Positions 47,185 to 56,757 of a stretch of 64,000 bases of DNA are shown here, in pieces (position 1 is the stretch's first letter; every line of letters starts with the position of its first letter). The position numbers and the translations under genes are program-made. The notes under the pieces are model-generated. The model searched no databases and was not told where the DNA came from. It saw only the letters and a program-made list of their open reading frames with translations. Source of the DNA: a virus; IMG/VR virus record IMGVR_UViG_3300024239_000121, positions 7,923 through 71,922 of that record, one strand, 5' to 3'.

Positions 47185-49581
47185 TTACTTCAGAAGGTTG
47201 CGAACGAGGGTGTAAGGAATTTCACACTCGGCACTGCCTGGAGTGACTTCTTCCATCGCGTTGGCCAAGTGATTGAGATCGATGAAGTCCGCCCAAGGCG
47301 AGGTCTCCATCTTTTCTTTGCATGTCTTGAGCAACGGGTGCTCCTTGACATGTTGTGTCGCTTCCTTGCACTTCTCGAAGCTGCTCAGTACTTGTTCCAT
47401 GTTGCGGCAGATCTTCATCAGAACAGCGTTTTCCGGGGAGATATGGAAACGCAGTCCCATGGATTTCATCAGCTCTTCATGGAAGCAAGCATTGAACAGA
47501 ATCTTGTGTGTGTCGTAGTACCGGGGTTGCAAGTGTCCTGCGAATGCAGCAAAACGCTTGATATCCTGAGAAGTTGACAGCTTCTCATCGGCATACTTGG
47601 TGAGGAACTTGGTCACGTTCTCGATCCCTTGTTCTTTGAGTTTATTGGCTTGTGTGTTGGTGACAACAGCAATCCGATCGCCCCACTGTTGCTGAATGAG
47701 GCGGGAAGTAGCTGCATCGAATCTCTCCACTTTGGTGGAATTATCTCCGTTAGGGCGAAGAATGACCCACGCAATAGGATCTTCCACCAATGTTTCATCG
47801 GTGAAGTTCTCCCGAGCATGTGAAAGCAGGAATTTCCTGTTCACGTTGTTGTAACTGTGAGTCAGCGACAAGTAGCCATCTTTCTTCTTACGACGCATCG
47901 GCTCTTTCTTCGGCAGAGTTGGGTCGCGTACTACACGTACCCGCTCAGGAAGATGAACTTCAACGGCATAACCCTGTTGCTTCAGGAATGTGTTGATCAG
48001 TTCCTTGGTTTCCTCGGACTTCTTGTTGTAACCAACATACATCACCAGATAAGTCCGGAAGCGAGTAGCTGGAGTTTTTTGGAAATACTCGTTTGCCTGC
48101 TTCTGGTTGCGGGTGATCAGTGCATGCTTGTTCAGCATCACTGTTATGTCGCGTCGCTCTTCGAAAGCAGCCACATAAGTGGGGCAGAAGTAACTGTAGT
48201 TCCAGCTACCATTGTTCAGGTATATCTGGAACTTCAGCTCCCCCAACTCCGGGGCTGCGCTCAACGCCTGCTTGAGGGGATAGTCGAGGTAACGGCTCAC
48301 CAGGCTTCTGCCTGCTTTCCGGTTATGCCAGCGACCCAGATCCAAACCGTTCAGGCGCAGCAGTGCTTTAGCCATTGGCTTGAACACTTCACCTCGACGT
48401 ACCAGCTCTTCCAGCATGCGTATTTGCATCAGCTCACTAGGGATACGAGACCCCAGATGCCGTGCCGCTACCTGCATGGATGCCTGTTTGATCGTCGTGG
48501 AGAAGCGACCGACGACTGTTTCTTTGGCAATAGCAGGGGAGCAGTCAAGGCGCTCTTTAGCGGTGTACCAGGTACGCAAAGTGGCTGTTTCTGCCTCACG
48601 AACCTGTGTGTTCAGCCTGGCGTAACAGAGCTGCCGTACCACTTTCTCGCTGGATTCACGCCCTTTGAAGTCGTAGTTATCCAACAGACTCTTGACCGTG
48701 TTCACCGTGGCATCGGTCAGAATGATCGCTTCCCGGTTGGGGGCAATCGAGATGCTGTCTGGTGGAGCCATGAAGGTGATCGTGGCGTTGCTCCACAGAC
48801 GCCGCAGGTCGTTGACGATGTAGTGGTACTGGGTGCCGTACTCATCGCGATAGGGCACCGGGTACACCACATTGCCGTAACGCAGGTTGATCTCCTGGCC
48901 AACGGTTCCCCGGAAGTCGGTGATCGCGTAGCCGGTCGGGCTGGTCGACAGGGGCAGGGTGACCAGAGGGTCTGCACCATTGATGCTGGCCTGGATCTCG
49001 CCCAGGATCAGCACCTCACGGATCAGCTTCAGGAACTCCTGCTGGTCCTGAGCCTGGATACCGAACGACACGGCAATGCCGGTCTCATCGGTCGGCAAGG
49101 ACATGATCTTGTTGATCGAGGGCTTACCGCCTTTCTCCATCGAGGACTTGGAGACTCGGTAAATGGTCTTCACGCCCAGGTGGTGAGAGGCCACCTCGAA
49201 GTTGTCGGTGTAGGCGAACGGAGCCTTGCTGCCCAGACCAAAACCACCGGTCGACTTGGAGTCGCCACGCTTGGTGGAATTGCCGTAGACCCCGTAGATC
49301 GGGCCGATCTCGGCATGAGCAATACCGAAGCCGAAGTCACGCACGGTCAGTTGTGTGCCGGTGAGGGTGATCTGCAGCGGGGTATTGGTCTTGCCTGCAG
49401 CGATGTGAGCATCCCAGCCGTTACAGATGATCTCGCGCACCACAGCCAGCTTAGGGTGGGTGTACAGGGTGGAGGACAGGATGTGCATCAGGGCTGCGTC
49501 ATCGCTTACGCCCATTTCCACGGTTTCCTGGTTGCCTATCACGGCGTGCGTGATGAAATCGTCTTGTTGGGAGACCTGCAT
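47185..49581 (-). CDS. rIIA: rIIA-like protein
   Basis: N-terminal HATPase motifs: REIICNGWDAH, VRDFGFGI, STK..GGFGLGSK. Confidence 0.9.
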   Translation of the reverse strand: MQVSQQDDFITHAVIGNQETVEMGVSDDAALMHILSSTLYTHPKLAVVREIICNGWDAHIAAGKTNTPLQITLTGTQLTVRDFGFGIAHAEIGPIYGVYGNSTKRGDSKSTGGFGLGSKAPFAYTDNFEVASHHLGVKTIYRVSKSSMEKGGKPSINKIMSLPTDETGIAVSFGIQAQDQQEFLKLIREVLILGEIQASINGADPLVTLPLSTSPTGYAITDFRGTVGQEINLRYGNVVYPVPYRDEYGTQYHYIVNDLRRLWSNATITFMAPPDSISIAPNREAIILTDATVNTVKSLLDNYDFKGRESSEKVVRQLCYARLNTQVREAETATLRTWYTAKERLDCSPAIAKETVVGRFSTTIKQASMQVAARHLGSRIPSELMQIRMLEELVRRGEVFKPMAKALLRLNGLDLGRWHNRKAGRSLVSRYLDYPLKQALSAAPELGELKFQIYLNNGSWNYSYFCPTYVAAFEERRDITVMLNKHALITRNQKQANEYFQKTPATRFRTYLVMYVGYNKKSEETKELINTFLKQQGYAVEVHLPERVRVVRDPTLPKKEPMRRKKKDGYLSLTHSYNNVNRKFLLSHARENFTDETLVEDPIAWVILRPNGDNSTKVERFDAATSRLIQQQWGDRIAVVTNTQANKLKEQGIENVTKFLTKYADEKLSTSQDIKRFAAFAGHLQPRYYDTHKILFNACFHEELMKSMGLRFHISPENAVLMKICRNMEQVLSSFEKCKEATQHVKEHPLLKTCKEKMETSPWADFIDLNHLANAMEEVTPGSAECEIPYTLVRNLLK

Positions 49582-49598
49582 GATCTTTCCTTTGGCTG

Positions 49599-49628
49599 AA
49601 ATGAAAAAACCCGCACTAGGCGGGTTTT
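49599..49628 (-). terminator. Terminator upstream of rIIA
   Basis: AAAACCCGC/GCGGGTTTT stem; - strand tail TTTCATTT. Confidence 0.75.
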
Positions 49629-49679
49629 GGGGGTTGTTTAAGGTCAAGTTGCGATGCGTTGAAACAGCTAAGCGGTTGT

Positions 49680-49916
49680 TTAGACACAAGCCTCCTGGAT
49701 GGCCACCTGAGCCAGACGTGCTGCACGCGCTGTGAGCAGTTTGGATAAGGCATGGGTGTATTCATCCAGGTCAAGAGCGCCCCGCTCATAGAGCATGAAC
49801 AGGTCTTCTTGAGTTGATTTGCAGCGGACACGCACTTCGTACGCATCCTTGGAACGCTTGATCAATAACAACTTGGCGTTGAGCCATGTTTGAGCGAATT
49901 CATAAGTGAAGGTCAT
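49680..49916 (-). CDS. Hypothetical protein
   Basis: GGAG RBS before MTFTYEF. Confidence 0.6.
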   Translation of the reverse strand: MTFTYEFAQTWLNAKLLLIKRSKDAYEVRVRCKSTQEDLFMLYERGALDLDEYTHALSKLLTARAARLAQVAIQEACV

Positions 49917-49932
49917 ATGAACTCCATGCAAT

Positions 49933-49955
49933 AAAAAACGCCCCGAAGGGCGTTT
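49933..49955 (-). terminator. Rho-independent terminator
   Basis: AAACGCCC-TTCG-GGGCGTTT followed by TTTATT. Confidence 0.85.
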
Positions 49956-49969
49956 GTCATTTCCTTGGG

Positions 49970-50308
49970 TTACGGGCCAGGTGAATCACCGGGCTTGGGT
50001 AACGTGATGCGGTAACGCTTGGACAGTGCAGTTTCAATTCCCTGGAATGCGCGACCACCGATGTGTGCAGCCAAAGCCACCATGATAGGCAGAGTTGCCC
50101 ATTCTGGCAGTTGGGGTGCAAGTACGGGGTAGGCATCCGCCATGAGATAGCCGGCCAGAACAGCCGCAGAGAATTCACTGAGTATCCAGAGTTTAGAGGA
50201 GGGGTATCCTCTGGCGATGCGTTGAGCAATCGAGATGAAACCGCTGATGAGACTGATTGCAAGTGCCCATACGAGCGCATACAGATCGGGTTGGTTGCGC
50301 CAAGGCAT
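49970..50308 (-). CDS. Holin-like multi-TM membrane protein, separate from the lysis cassette
   Basis: Three hydrophobic segments; SLISGFISI..R, SEF..AVLAGY and AAHIGGR pattern. Confidence 0.6.
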   Translation of the reverse strand: MPWRNQPDLYALVWALAISLISGFISIAQRIARGYPSSKLWILSEFSAAVLAGYLMADAYPVLAPQLPEWATLPIMVALAAHIGGRAFQGIETALSKRYRITLPKPGDSPGP

Positions 50309-50376
50309 ATGGGAACCTCTGCAGTTGGATGGTTGGATTGAATTCTAAATGGGGTGGTGTAACTCCCCAAATCGCA

Positions 50377-50583
50377 TTACTTGAATAGCCGGCGTTTGTA
50401 GCGCCTCAAGTTGCGTCGAATCATCCGATCCATTGTCACTGCAATGGCAATGGCTACTTCCCGGTCGTGTGTAACAGTCCCTCCAGGAAGAACCCAGGCA
50501 ATTCCCGTCTTGGTCATTACAGCTGGAACTTCACCGGAACCTACGATGATGTTGTCGGTTTCGTACTGCAGAAGTTGTTGCAT
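50377..50583 (-). CDS. Conserved small phage protein
   Basis: W.LPGG..T pattern; basic C-terminus; GGAG RBS. Confidence 0.75.
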   Translation of the reverse strand: MQQLLQYETDNIIVGSGEVPAVMTKTGIAWVLPGGTVTHDREVAIAIAVTMDRMIRRNLRRYKRRLFK

Positions 50584-50648
50584 GGTTGATCTCCAGAATT
50601 AACTGGAGCGCATATTACAACAACTTAGTTAATTACAACTTCCTATAA

Positions 50649-50924
50649 TTACGCTGCAATAATCTGGCTTTCCTCTCGGGCCCAGACACCCACGTAGTCG
50701 ATGCCTTTGGACTTATCGAGCCAGGCTTCCAGCTCTTGCTCAGTCCAGCGAGTGTCCACCCACACTTGCGAGTAGCCCCGGTCTTCGCGGTAAGCACCTG
50801 CGTGGTGAATGGAATAGGTGGATTTCAAACCACCGAGGCGATGCACCAAGACGCTGGCGCAGTGGGTTTCCACGTCGATGCCGAAGCGATTGATCTTGGT
50901 TTTCTGAGGAACTTGATAAGCCAT
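50649..50924 (-). CDS. Hypothetical protein
   Basis: TGATG coupling; phage-like codon use. Confidence 0.7.
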   Translation of the reverse strand: MAYQVPQKTKINRFGIDVETHCASVLVHRLGGLKSTYSIHHAGAYREDRGYSQVWVDTRWTEQELEAWLDKSKGIDYVGVWAREESQIIAA

Positions 50925-51178
50925 CAGGCCACCTCCTGTTCCATGGATTGAAAGGCAAGGTCGTCCAGGTGTTGTTTAAACGCCTGGAACAACCGGTCTT
51001 CGGTCTGAGCGGTCAGATGGTCATCCAACCAGCGTGCCGGGTAGCCACGACGATCCAGCAGCCGGAACTCGAATTCCCCTGGTTGAGGGGGTTCGGTAAA
51101 GCTCCCCGGCAAGGCTGGCTCGTAGTGGGTGACCTCGCACTGGCAAGGGATGCCATTGATGCGAGTGGGGAAGATCAT
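50924..51178 (-). CDS. Conserved phage hypothetical protein
   Basis: INGIPC..V..Y and EFEF.LLDRRGY.A.WL motif. Confidence 0.8.
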   Translation of the reverse strand: MIFPTRINGIPCQCEVTHYEPALPGSFTEPPQPGEFEFRLLDRRGYPARWLDDHLTAQTEDRLFQAFKQHLDDLAFQSMEQEVA

Positions 51179-51363
51179 GGCTCCGGGCTGAACTCCAGCT
51201 GGTAGCTGCCGACCTTGTTGCCCTCGCGGTCGTGCAACGGGCCATCGAGACGACCCATCTGGATCATCGAAGCGGTCATGCGCAGGATGCGGGCCACTTC
51301 TTCACGCGGATCGGGATCGAAAGCACTGGCCATCTCATCGATGACCAAGGTGAGTTTGCGCAT
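51175..51363 (-). CDS. Small phage protein, paralogue A
   Basis: MRKLTLVIDE..AF..EVARILR..D.EGNKVG. Confidence 0.75.
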   Translation of the reverse strand: MRKLTLVIDEMASAFDPDPREEVARILRMTASMIQMGRLDGPLHDREGNKVGSYQLEFSPEP

Positions 51364-51373
51364 ACAGGACTCC

Positions 51374-51553
51374 TCAAAAGTCAGGTGTGTGAACGACGGA
51401 GTGCCCGTCCTTTTCAGCCAGCATGACGCTGACCATGTGCTGCTTGGATTTAGGCACCTTGAATGCAGCAATGGCTTGTTGTTTGGCATCCCATAAATCC
51501 TTGGCGTAAATCTCGATTTGCTTGCTTCCGAAGAAGGCGATGTATCCGTTCAT
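51374..51553 (-). CDS. 59-aa phage protein, not in ORF track
   Basis: MNGYIAFFGSKQIEIYAKDLWDAKQQAIAAFKVPKSKQHMVSVMLAEKDGHSVVHTPDF; GAGGGG RBS. Confidence 0.75.
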   Translation of the reverse strand: MNGYIAFFGSKQIEIYAKDLWDAKQQAIAAFKVPKSKQHMVSVMLAEKDGHSVVHTPDF

Positions 51554-51556
51554 TGC

Positions 51557-51742
51557 TCAGCCCCTCTCAAAATCGAGAGACCAGCGACCTACCTTGTTGC
51601 CATTGCTATCCCGGCAGTACCCGCTGGTGTGATGTTGCTCGATTTTGTCTGCCACCCTGCGAAGTACTTCAGCTACTTCACACTCAGGACGGTCTTCAAA
51701 GGCGGCGTTGGATACGTTATCGATTTCCAGTTGAAGCCCCAT
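51557..51742 (-). CDS. Small phage protein, paralogue B
   Basis: MGLQLEIDN..AAF..EVAEVLR..D.NGNKVG. Confidence 0.75.
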   Translation of the reverse strand: MGLQLEIDNVSNAAFEDRPECEVAEVLRRVADKIEQHHTSGYCRDSNGNKVGRWSLDFERG

Positions 51743-51754
51743 GGTTTTCTCCAT

Positions 51755-51783
51755 AAATGAAAAACCCCTCCGAAGAGGGGTTT
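51755..51783 (-). terminator. Terminator downstream of the DNA polymerase unit
   Basis: AAACCCCTC-TTCG-GAGGGGTTT followed by TTCATTT. Confidence 0.85.
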
Positions 51784-51785
51784 GG

Positions 51786-51992
51786 TTAGTGGTACTTAAC
51801 GTAGTTACCAACCGGAGAAGGGCCTGAGCACTCCTCCCAGTTGTTCTCCTTGCACCAATCGAATAACTCGACGCAGCCTGGCATAACAGGTGAAGCAAGC
51901 ACGTAGCCAGTTTCATCTTTTGATGAGTACAAGAACGTGCCTACCGTACCGTCAGGCGCTGTGCATTGGATTGCCAGATAGGCTTTCTTCAT
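51786..51992 (-). CDS. Hypothetical protein
   Basis: ATGA overlap with the DNA polymerase stop. Confidence 0.65.
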   Translation of the reverse strand: MKKAYLAIQCTAPDGTVGTFLYSSKDETGYVLASPVMPGCVELFDWCKENNWEECSGPSPVGNYVKYH

Positions 51993-54649
51993 GCAGCCTC
52001 CTTGTGGGATTCCAACTCCCCCAGCGCCTTTTCACATACCTCGCGGATCTGCTCAGGCGTGGCGTCGTTGGGTAGGGTGATTGGGTGTGCCCAGTCCGGG
52101 TAGAACAGGTCCAGTGCCGCACCGAGTTTCACGGTGTCGTGCTGGATCTCCGGCAGCTCCTGCCACTGCATCGACTTGATCAGTTCCCGGTTGGCCCAGG
52201 TGACCACATCGATCCGATCGCGGATGAGCAGGTAGATGGCGTCATGGATCAACGCCACCGGCAGCACGTCATAACGGAACGGGGAGTTCCAGACCTTCTG
52301 CATGAACTCGACTGCTGCCCGGTTGTTCAGCAAGCCGTAGGACTGACCCAGGGCGTTACCTGCGGTACGGCCTTCTGCTGCTGCCTCGTAGGGCATCTTC
52401 GAGCCTTTCCAGATCACCTGCTTGAGCAACGGGGTGCGTACCCGCAGTCCGAATGCCACCTCGACGTAACCGTCTTTGGCAGCCTGCTCCAGCCGTTTGG
52501 CCACGTACTCATCCGACACCTTGTAGAGGTCGTGGTAGTTGGCCTCGATCACCTTGGCCTTGTCCTCCGGCCAGCCCAGGTTGCTCATCATCCCGTGGTA
52601 GGTGCCACCGTAGGTGAGCAGGAAGGTCGGAGCCTTGGAGTCCTGGCGCAGATCCGGTGCCAGCTTCTTGATGGAGTTCACCGACGCTGGATCATCCAGT
52701 GCGATGCGGATGCCACGAGCCAGGAGGTCTTCCTGGAAGTAGTAGGCCGCCCGTAGACAGTGACCGTCGAAGCCCTTGATGTAGACGTTGAGCTTGTTCG
52801 GGTCCTTGGTCGTCAGGGCACTGATGTAGTCCTCCAGCGAGTTGAAGTCAGCCCCCGCGAAGATCCAGCCCTTGGGTGCCGAGAAGCAGCCCTTGATCAG
52901 CTTGCCGAACGTCGACCCCGATGGGATCTGTTGCATGTTCGGTTTGCTGGAGCTGAGGCGTCCGGAGACCGTACCACCCAGGTTGTAGCCGCCGTGCAGC
53001 CAGATCTTGCCGTCACCCTTGTCCAGTGCTTTTTCAAACGCCGGGATGAATGCCGACAGGATCTTGGTGACCCCGATGTACTCGACCATGGCCTGCAGGA
53101 AGGCTTTGTCCTCTGGTTTGCTGGCATGGTTGACCAGCTTCTCCAGGGTGTCACCGCCGGTAGCCGGTTGCTTGGTGTCTGTCAGGTCTAGGACCGGAAG
53201 GCCCATCTCCTGATACAGCAGTCGTTGCAGCTGCGGTCCTGAGTTGGGGTTGAACACCGACTTGGGGAAGAAGGTGCGGTCCTTGGGGAAGATCTTGTCG
53301 GGGTTCTTCGCCTTGTTACGGCGATCCTCGAAGTCCTTCTCCCAGGCCTCGTGGGTCATCTTTGCTTCCAGTGGAGCGATGAGCGGATGGCCCATGATCA
53401 CCTTGAGGTAACTGGCTTCCAGTCGCTCCAGTTCGGCTTTCGCTTCCTGTACCCGCGACCGCTCCATCGGCATGCCGGTCAATTCCATCTGGATGATAAC
53501 CTTCAGGCTCGGCAGCATCAGTGTGTGATACAGCTCCTCCTGCCGGTCGGCCACCATGATGGGGTAGTACTTGGCCTTGACGTAGTTGGTCGACAGACAG
53601 TCCACCAGGTTGTACTGCAGCAGCTTGGCTGGCTCGATGGCCAGGACGTTGTTGATCTCTTCCACCGCCCAGTTGCCGGCGAACTCATGAGCCAGTGCCT
53701 TCAGGCCCAGCACGTTACCGGCTGTACTGTTGGTGGCCAGGTAGGCAATGACCTTGGTGTCGTCGAACGATCGGGTGAGGATATCCAGCCCCAGCAGCAG
53801 GCCTTTCTGATCCAGCGGGTCTTTCATCCACAGTTCATAGATGATTGATCGCAGGTCATAAGAGGCGTTGTGCCAGGTCAACTTACCATTGTAGCTGGTA
53901 AGGAACTTGAGCAGCAGTTGCTTGACTGGCTTGTTGTCCCTACGTTCACCAAAGGGAGCTGACGTAGCGCCCGCGATCGGCTTGTAGTCGACCAGGAACG
54001 AGACACCGTTGTGCTGGTCCCAGGCGAAGCCCATCGAGGCAATACCGGCTTCGTTGAAAGCCAGTCCGAAGGCCTCGATATCTGCCGATAGCTCAGGGTA
54101 CTGATGGAGCGAGTCGAGAGCGGCTGCAATGTCGTCATAGGTGGATGGGTACTGGGCCGAGTGGATGATGTTGTGGCCCAGCGGTTGGTAGCTGCCTTGC
54201 ACGGCATCGGCGAGGGTCTGCAACGACATGTCCAGCTTCTGGTACAACTCGGGGTTGTAGACCAGCTGCTGATAGTTCAGGCCCAACACCACCTGCATGT
54301 GCTCGAATCCCTGGATTTTGCAGGGCAGCACATAGCCGTAGTGAGGTTCGGCCTTGGACATTTTGGTCAGTGTCTTGAAGTACGCTGCATCGGTGCAGAA
54401 CAGGTACTTCACACCCAGGCTGTTCAGCGCGACTAGCAGCTTGTCGAGGTAGTCCTTGATAAAGGCTACCGGGACCTTGCCGGCCTCGTTGTATTCCAGG
54501 GTGAAGCCGATCATGCGGTTGGGGGCTACACCGAGCTTTTGCAACGGCTCGATGTAGTGGTTACGCATAGCCATCTCGTTGAAGGCTGCCGCCTTTGTCA
54601 GCACGGCAACCTCATAACGCTCGGCCTGCTCGAAGATCAGGTGGCGCAT
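51989..54649 (-). CDS. Family A DNA polymerase (N4 gp39-like)
   Basis: Exo ADIEAF; TVSGRLSSSKPNMQQ; motif A DFNSLE, motif B RQDSKAPTFLLTYG, motif C IHDA. Confidence 0.96.
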   Translation of the reverse strand: MRHLIFEQAERYEVAVLTKAAAFNEMAMRNHYIEPLQKLGVAPNRMIGFTLEYNEAGKVPVAFIKDYLDKLLVALNSLGVKYLFCTDAAYFKTLTKMSKAEPHYGYVLPCKIQGFEHMQVVLGLNYQQLVYNPELYQKLDMSLQTLADAVQGSYQPLGHNIIHSAQYPSTYDDIAAALDSLHQYPELSADIEAFGLAFNEAGIASMGFAWDQHNGVSFLVDYKPIAGATSAPFGERRDNKPVKQLLLKFLTSYNGKLTWHNASYDLRSIIYELWMKDPLDQKGLLLGLDILTRSFDDTKVIAYLATNSTAGNVLGLKALAHEFAGNWAVEEINNVLAIEPAKLLQYNLVDCLSTNYVKAKYYPIMVADRQEELYHTLMLPSLKVIIQMELTGMPMERSRVQEAKAELERLEASYLKVIMGHPLIAPLEAKMTHEAWEKDFEDRRNKAKNPDKIFPKDRTFFPKSVFNPNSGPQLQRLLYQEMGLPVLDLTDTKQPATGGDTLEKLVNHASKPEDKAFLQAMVEYIGVTKILSAFIPAFEKALDKGDGKIWLHGGYNLGGTVSGRLSSSKPNMQQIPSGSTFGKLIKGCFSAPKGWIFAGADFNSLEDYISALTTKDPNKLNVYIKGFDGHCLRAAYYFQEDLLARGIRIALDDPASVNSIKKLAPDLRQDSKAPTFLLTYGGTYHGMMSNLGWPEDKAKVIEANYHDLYKVSDEYVAKRLEQAAKDGYVEVAFGLRVRTPLLKQVIWKGSKMPYEAAAEGRTAGNALGQSYGLLNNRAAVEFMQKVWNSPFRYDVLPVALIHDAIYLLIRDRIDVVTWANRELIKSMQWQELPEIQHDTVKLGAALDLFYPDWAHPITLPNDATPEQIREVCEKALGELESHKEAA

Positions 54650-54657
54650 AGCGTCTC

Positions 54658-55176
54658 CTACAGCAGCAGGTTCAGCACCTGTCGCTGTTTCATCAGGTCA
54701 ATCGAAAGCTGGTTCTTTTCCCTGATTGCCTGAATGTCTTCTTCTGTCAGTTTGACCGTTCGACAAGGGCAGCTTGCCTGCATGGCTCGGATGGGTCCGT
54801 GGATCGACTCCGGCAACAGGCGCAGGTAGTCCTCGAAGGTGTTCGAGGCGTTCAGCACCTGGTTGACGAAGCCCATGACGAACGGGACTTCGTTGTCGTT
54901 CAGCCGTTTGACTTCAGCCAGATAGGCCTCCATCTGCGGCTGCAGGCTTGGAACCAGCCGGTTCATCTTGCGGGGCATCGTTGCCTTGGCGTCGATCACG
55001 TAGATCTGGCCACGGTAGGTAAACGATTCGTGAGGGCTGCGCAGAATCCGGGAGTTGTCCCGAATGATCTGCTGCAGCTTGTGGTTGTAGGACCGTTTCA
55101 CAGGCTCGTAGAGGTGGTTGTAAATCGCATCCTTGAGATGCTGCTTGGTCCGAGGATCATGCAGGACTTCATCCAT
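54658..55176 (-). CDS. N4 gp38-like conserved protein
   Basis: Between helicase and DNA polymerase; TAATG coupling. Confidence 0.75.
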   Translation of the reverse strand: MDEVLHDPRTKQHLKDAIYNHLYEPVKRSYNHKLQQIIRDNSRILRSPHESFTYRGQIYVIDAKATMPRKMNRLVPSLQPQMEAYLAEVKRLNDNEVPFVMGFVNQVLNASNTFEDYLRLLPESIHGPIRAMQASCPCRTVKLTEEDIQAIREKNQLSIDLMKQRQVLNLLL

Positions 55177-56426
55177 TACACGAGATCTCCCGTGAAGACC
55201 ACCTGCTCGCTGGCACGGCTCGTCCCGACGTACATCAGGCGTGCGATCTGGCTGCCCAGGGTGCATTTCTTGATGTCGTCGAGGTCGATGAATACCTTGC
55301 GGAACGTGCTGCCCTGGCTCTTGTTGATGGTGCAGGAGAAGGCAGCTCGCAGGTCGATCCAGTTGTTGTTGATTTCGTACAGCACCGTGGCATTGCCTTC
55401 GGCTTCTGCCTGTCGGATCAGTGCCTTCTTCTCGGTCAGGGAGTCGGGCATGAACTTCTCGACGGCGTTGTCCACCGTGAAGTATTTGCCTGCCAGGCCA
55501 TGCTCATACGAGGGTTCGCTGATATCGGTGATCTGCACCAGCTGATCGGTCTTGATGCTGTAGCCCTTTCTCCCAACGACGAAGGAGTTGCACACGGCGT
55601 AGTCACCGATCTGGAAGTCAGGATCTCCCTGCACGTACTCACGGATGCCTCGGTTGTAGGCCACCACGCACTTGTTGGTCCAAGCCAGGACCTTGGAGTC
55701 GTGGTAGTGCCAGTCAGGGCGTCCGAACTCGGCCAGGATGGCCTGATCGAAGTCCTCCCGCTTCAGGTGTTGGATGAAGTGACCATCCGGCTGGAAGCTG
55801 AAGAACTCGCCCGAGGAGACCGTCTCGCGGAACTTGGTGGACAGCTCGATGATCGGGTTGCCCTCGGCCTGGCGAACCACCTTGGACAGGTGAGCGCCCT
55901 CGAAGCCACGGTGAAAGACCGGAGGCACATCACAGCCCACGTTGAGCAGCTGGGCCGGATCGCCGATGAAGACGATCTTGCAGCGTTCGGTGCGCTTGAA
56001 GATGTGCCGCAGCAGTGGTTCGTCGACGAAGCTGGCTTCATCCACGAACAGCACGGTGTCACGGACGATATCGGCACCCTGACGTACCACCAGCGTGCTC
56101 TTGTTGGTGCTGTAGTCGGTATGCACACGCAGCCCCAGGGCCGAGTGAATGGTGACCACCTCCCGGTGGGTGATGAACCGAAGCGCCTCACAGGCCTTGT
56201 TGGTCGTCGCCGTGAGCTTCACGTCGAAGGCGGGGTAGGTGGGGTTGATCAAGTGGGCCATCTTGAAGAGGTTGTCGATCTCCCCCAGCAGTGTGCGAAC
56301 CAGAGTGCTCTTGCCGGTGCCGCTATACCCTGCCAGGACAAACACAGACTTACTTGGGTCCAACAGAAAACTGGAAAAGGCCTCATAGCCTGCTTGTTGA
56401 TCAGGTGACAGGGTAAGTGCGTTCAT
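55176..56426 (-). CDS. SF1 (Dda/RecD-like) DNA helicase
   Basis: GYSGTGKS, VDEAS, GDPAQL, TINKSQGST and YVGTSRA motifs. Confidence 0.93.
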   Translation of the reverse strand: MNALTLSPDQQAGYEAFSSFLLDPSKSVFVLAGYSGTGKSTLVRTLLGEIDNLFKMAHLINPTYPAFDVKLTATTNKACEALRFITHREVVTIHSALGLRVHTDYSTNKSTLVVRQGADIVRDTVLFVDEASFVDEPLLRHIFKRTERCKIVFIGDPAQLLNVGCDVPPVFHRGFEGAHLSKVVRQAEGNPIIELSTKFRETVSSGEFFSFQPDGHFIQHLKREDFDQAILAEFGRPDWHYHDSKVLAWTNKCVVAYNRGIREYVQGDPDFQIGDYAVCNSFVVGRKGYSIKTDQLVQITDISEPSYEHGLAGKYFTVDNAVEKFMPDSLTEKKALIRQAEAEGNATVLYEINNNWIDLRAAFSCTINKSQGSTFRKVFIDLDDIKKCTLGSQIARLMYVGTSRASEQVVFTGDLV

Positions 56427-56434
56427 GGCTTTCC

Positions 56435-56749
56435 TTAGGCTGCTTGAGTAAGTTCCAGGGAAGGGACTTCGCTGAGAGGTACACCCATTAACTGAGCCAC
56501 CTTGTAGCGGAGGTATTCATTCTCTGAAACTACTTTAATATCGATAGTTGATGAATCCAGCCCTTTAACTACAGGAGGGCTGGAAAAAGGGGTTTCTACC
56601 TGTTCAGCTTTTTCAAGACTTCCAATAAAGACCATTCCATCTTTATAGGGAAGAAGTATGTTGGTGTTGTAGCCAAGGTTGATTTGCAAGTAGTTACTTG
56701 CTCTTCCCTTTTCTGCCTTGATCTTTTGCAGTGCTTCTCGGAGTTCCAC
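56435..56749 (-). CDS. Conserved hypothetical protein
   Basis: Fills the gap between vWA and helicase genes; AT-rich. Confidence 0.7.
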   Translation of the reverse strand: MELREALQKIKAEKGRASNYLQINLGYNTNILLPYKDGMVFIGSLEKAEQVETPFSSPPVVKGLDSSTIDIKVVSENEYLRYKVAQLMGVPLSEVPSLELTQAA

Positions 56750-56757
56750 GAGACACC

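Noticed and set aside
47857-49599. 580-aa + strand ORF, and similar ones opposite primase, nrdJ, rIIB, helicase and RNAP2
   Set aside because: Antisense shadows of well-supported genes.
51989-54649. Introns or inteins in DNA polymerase, nrdJ, thyX or helicase
   Set aside because: All are continuous ORFs of expected length with normally spaced motifs.
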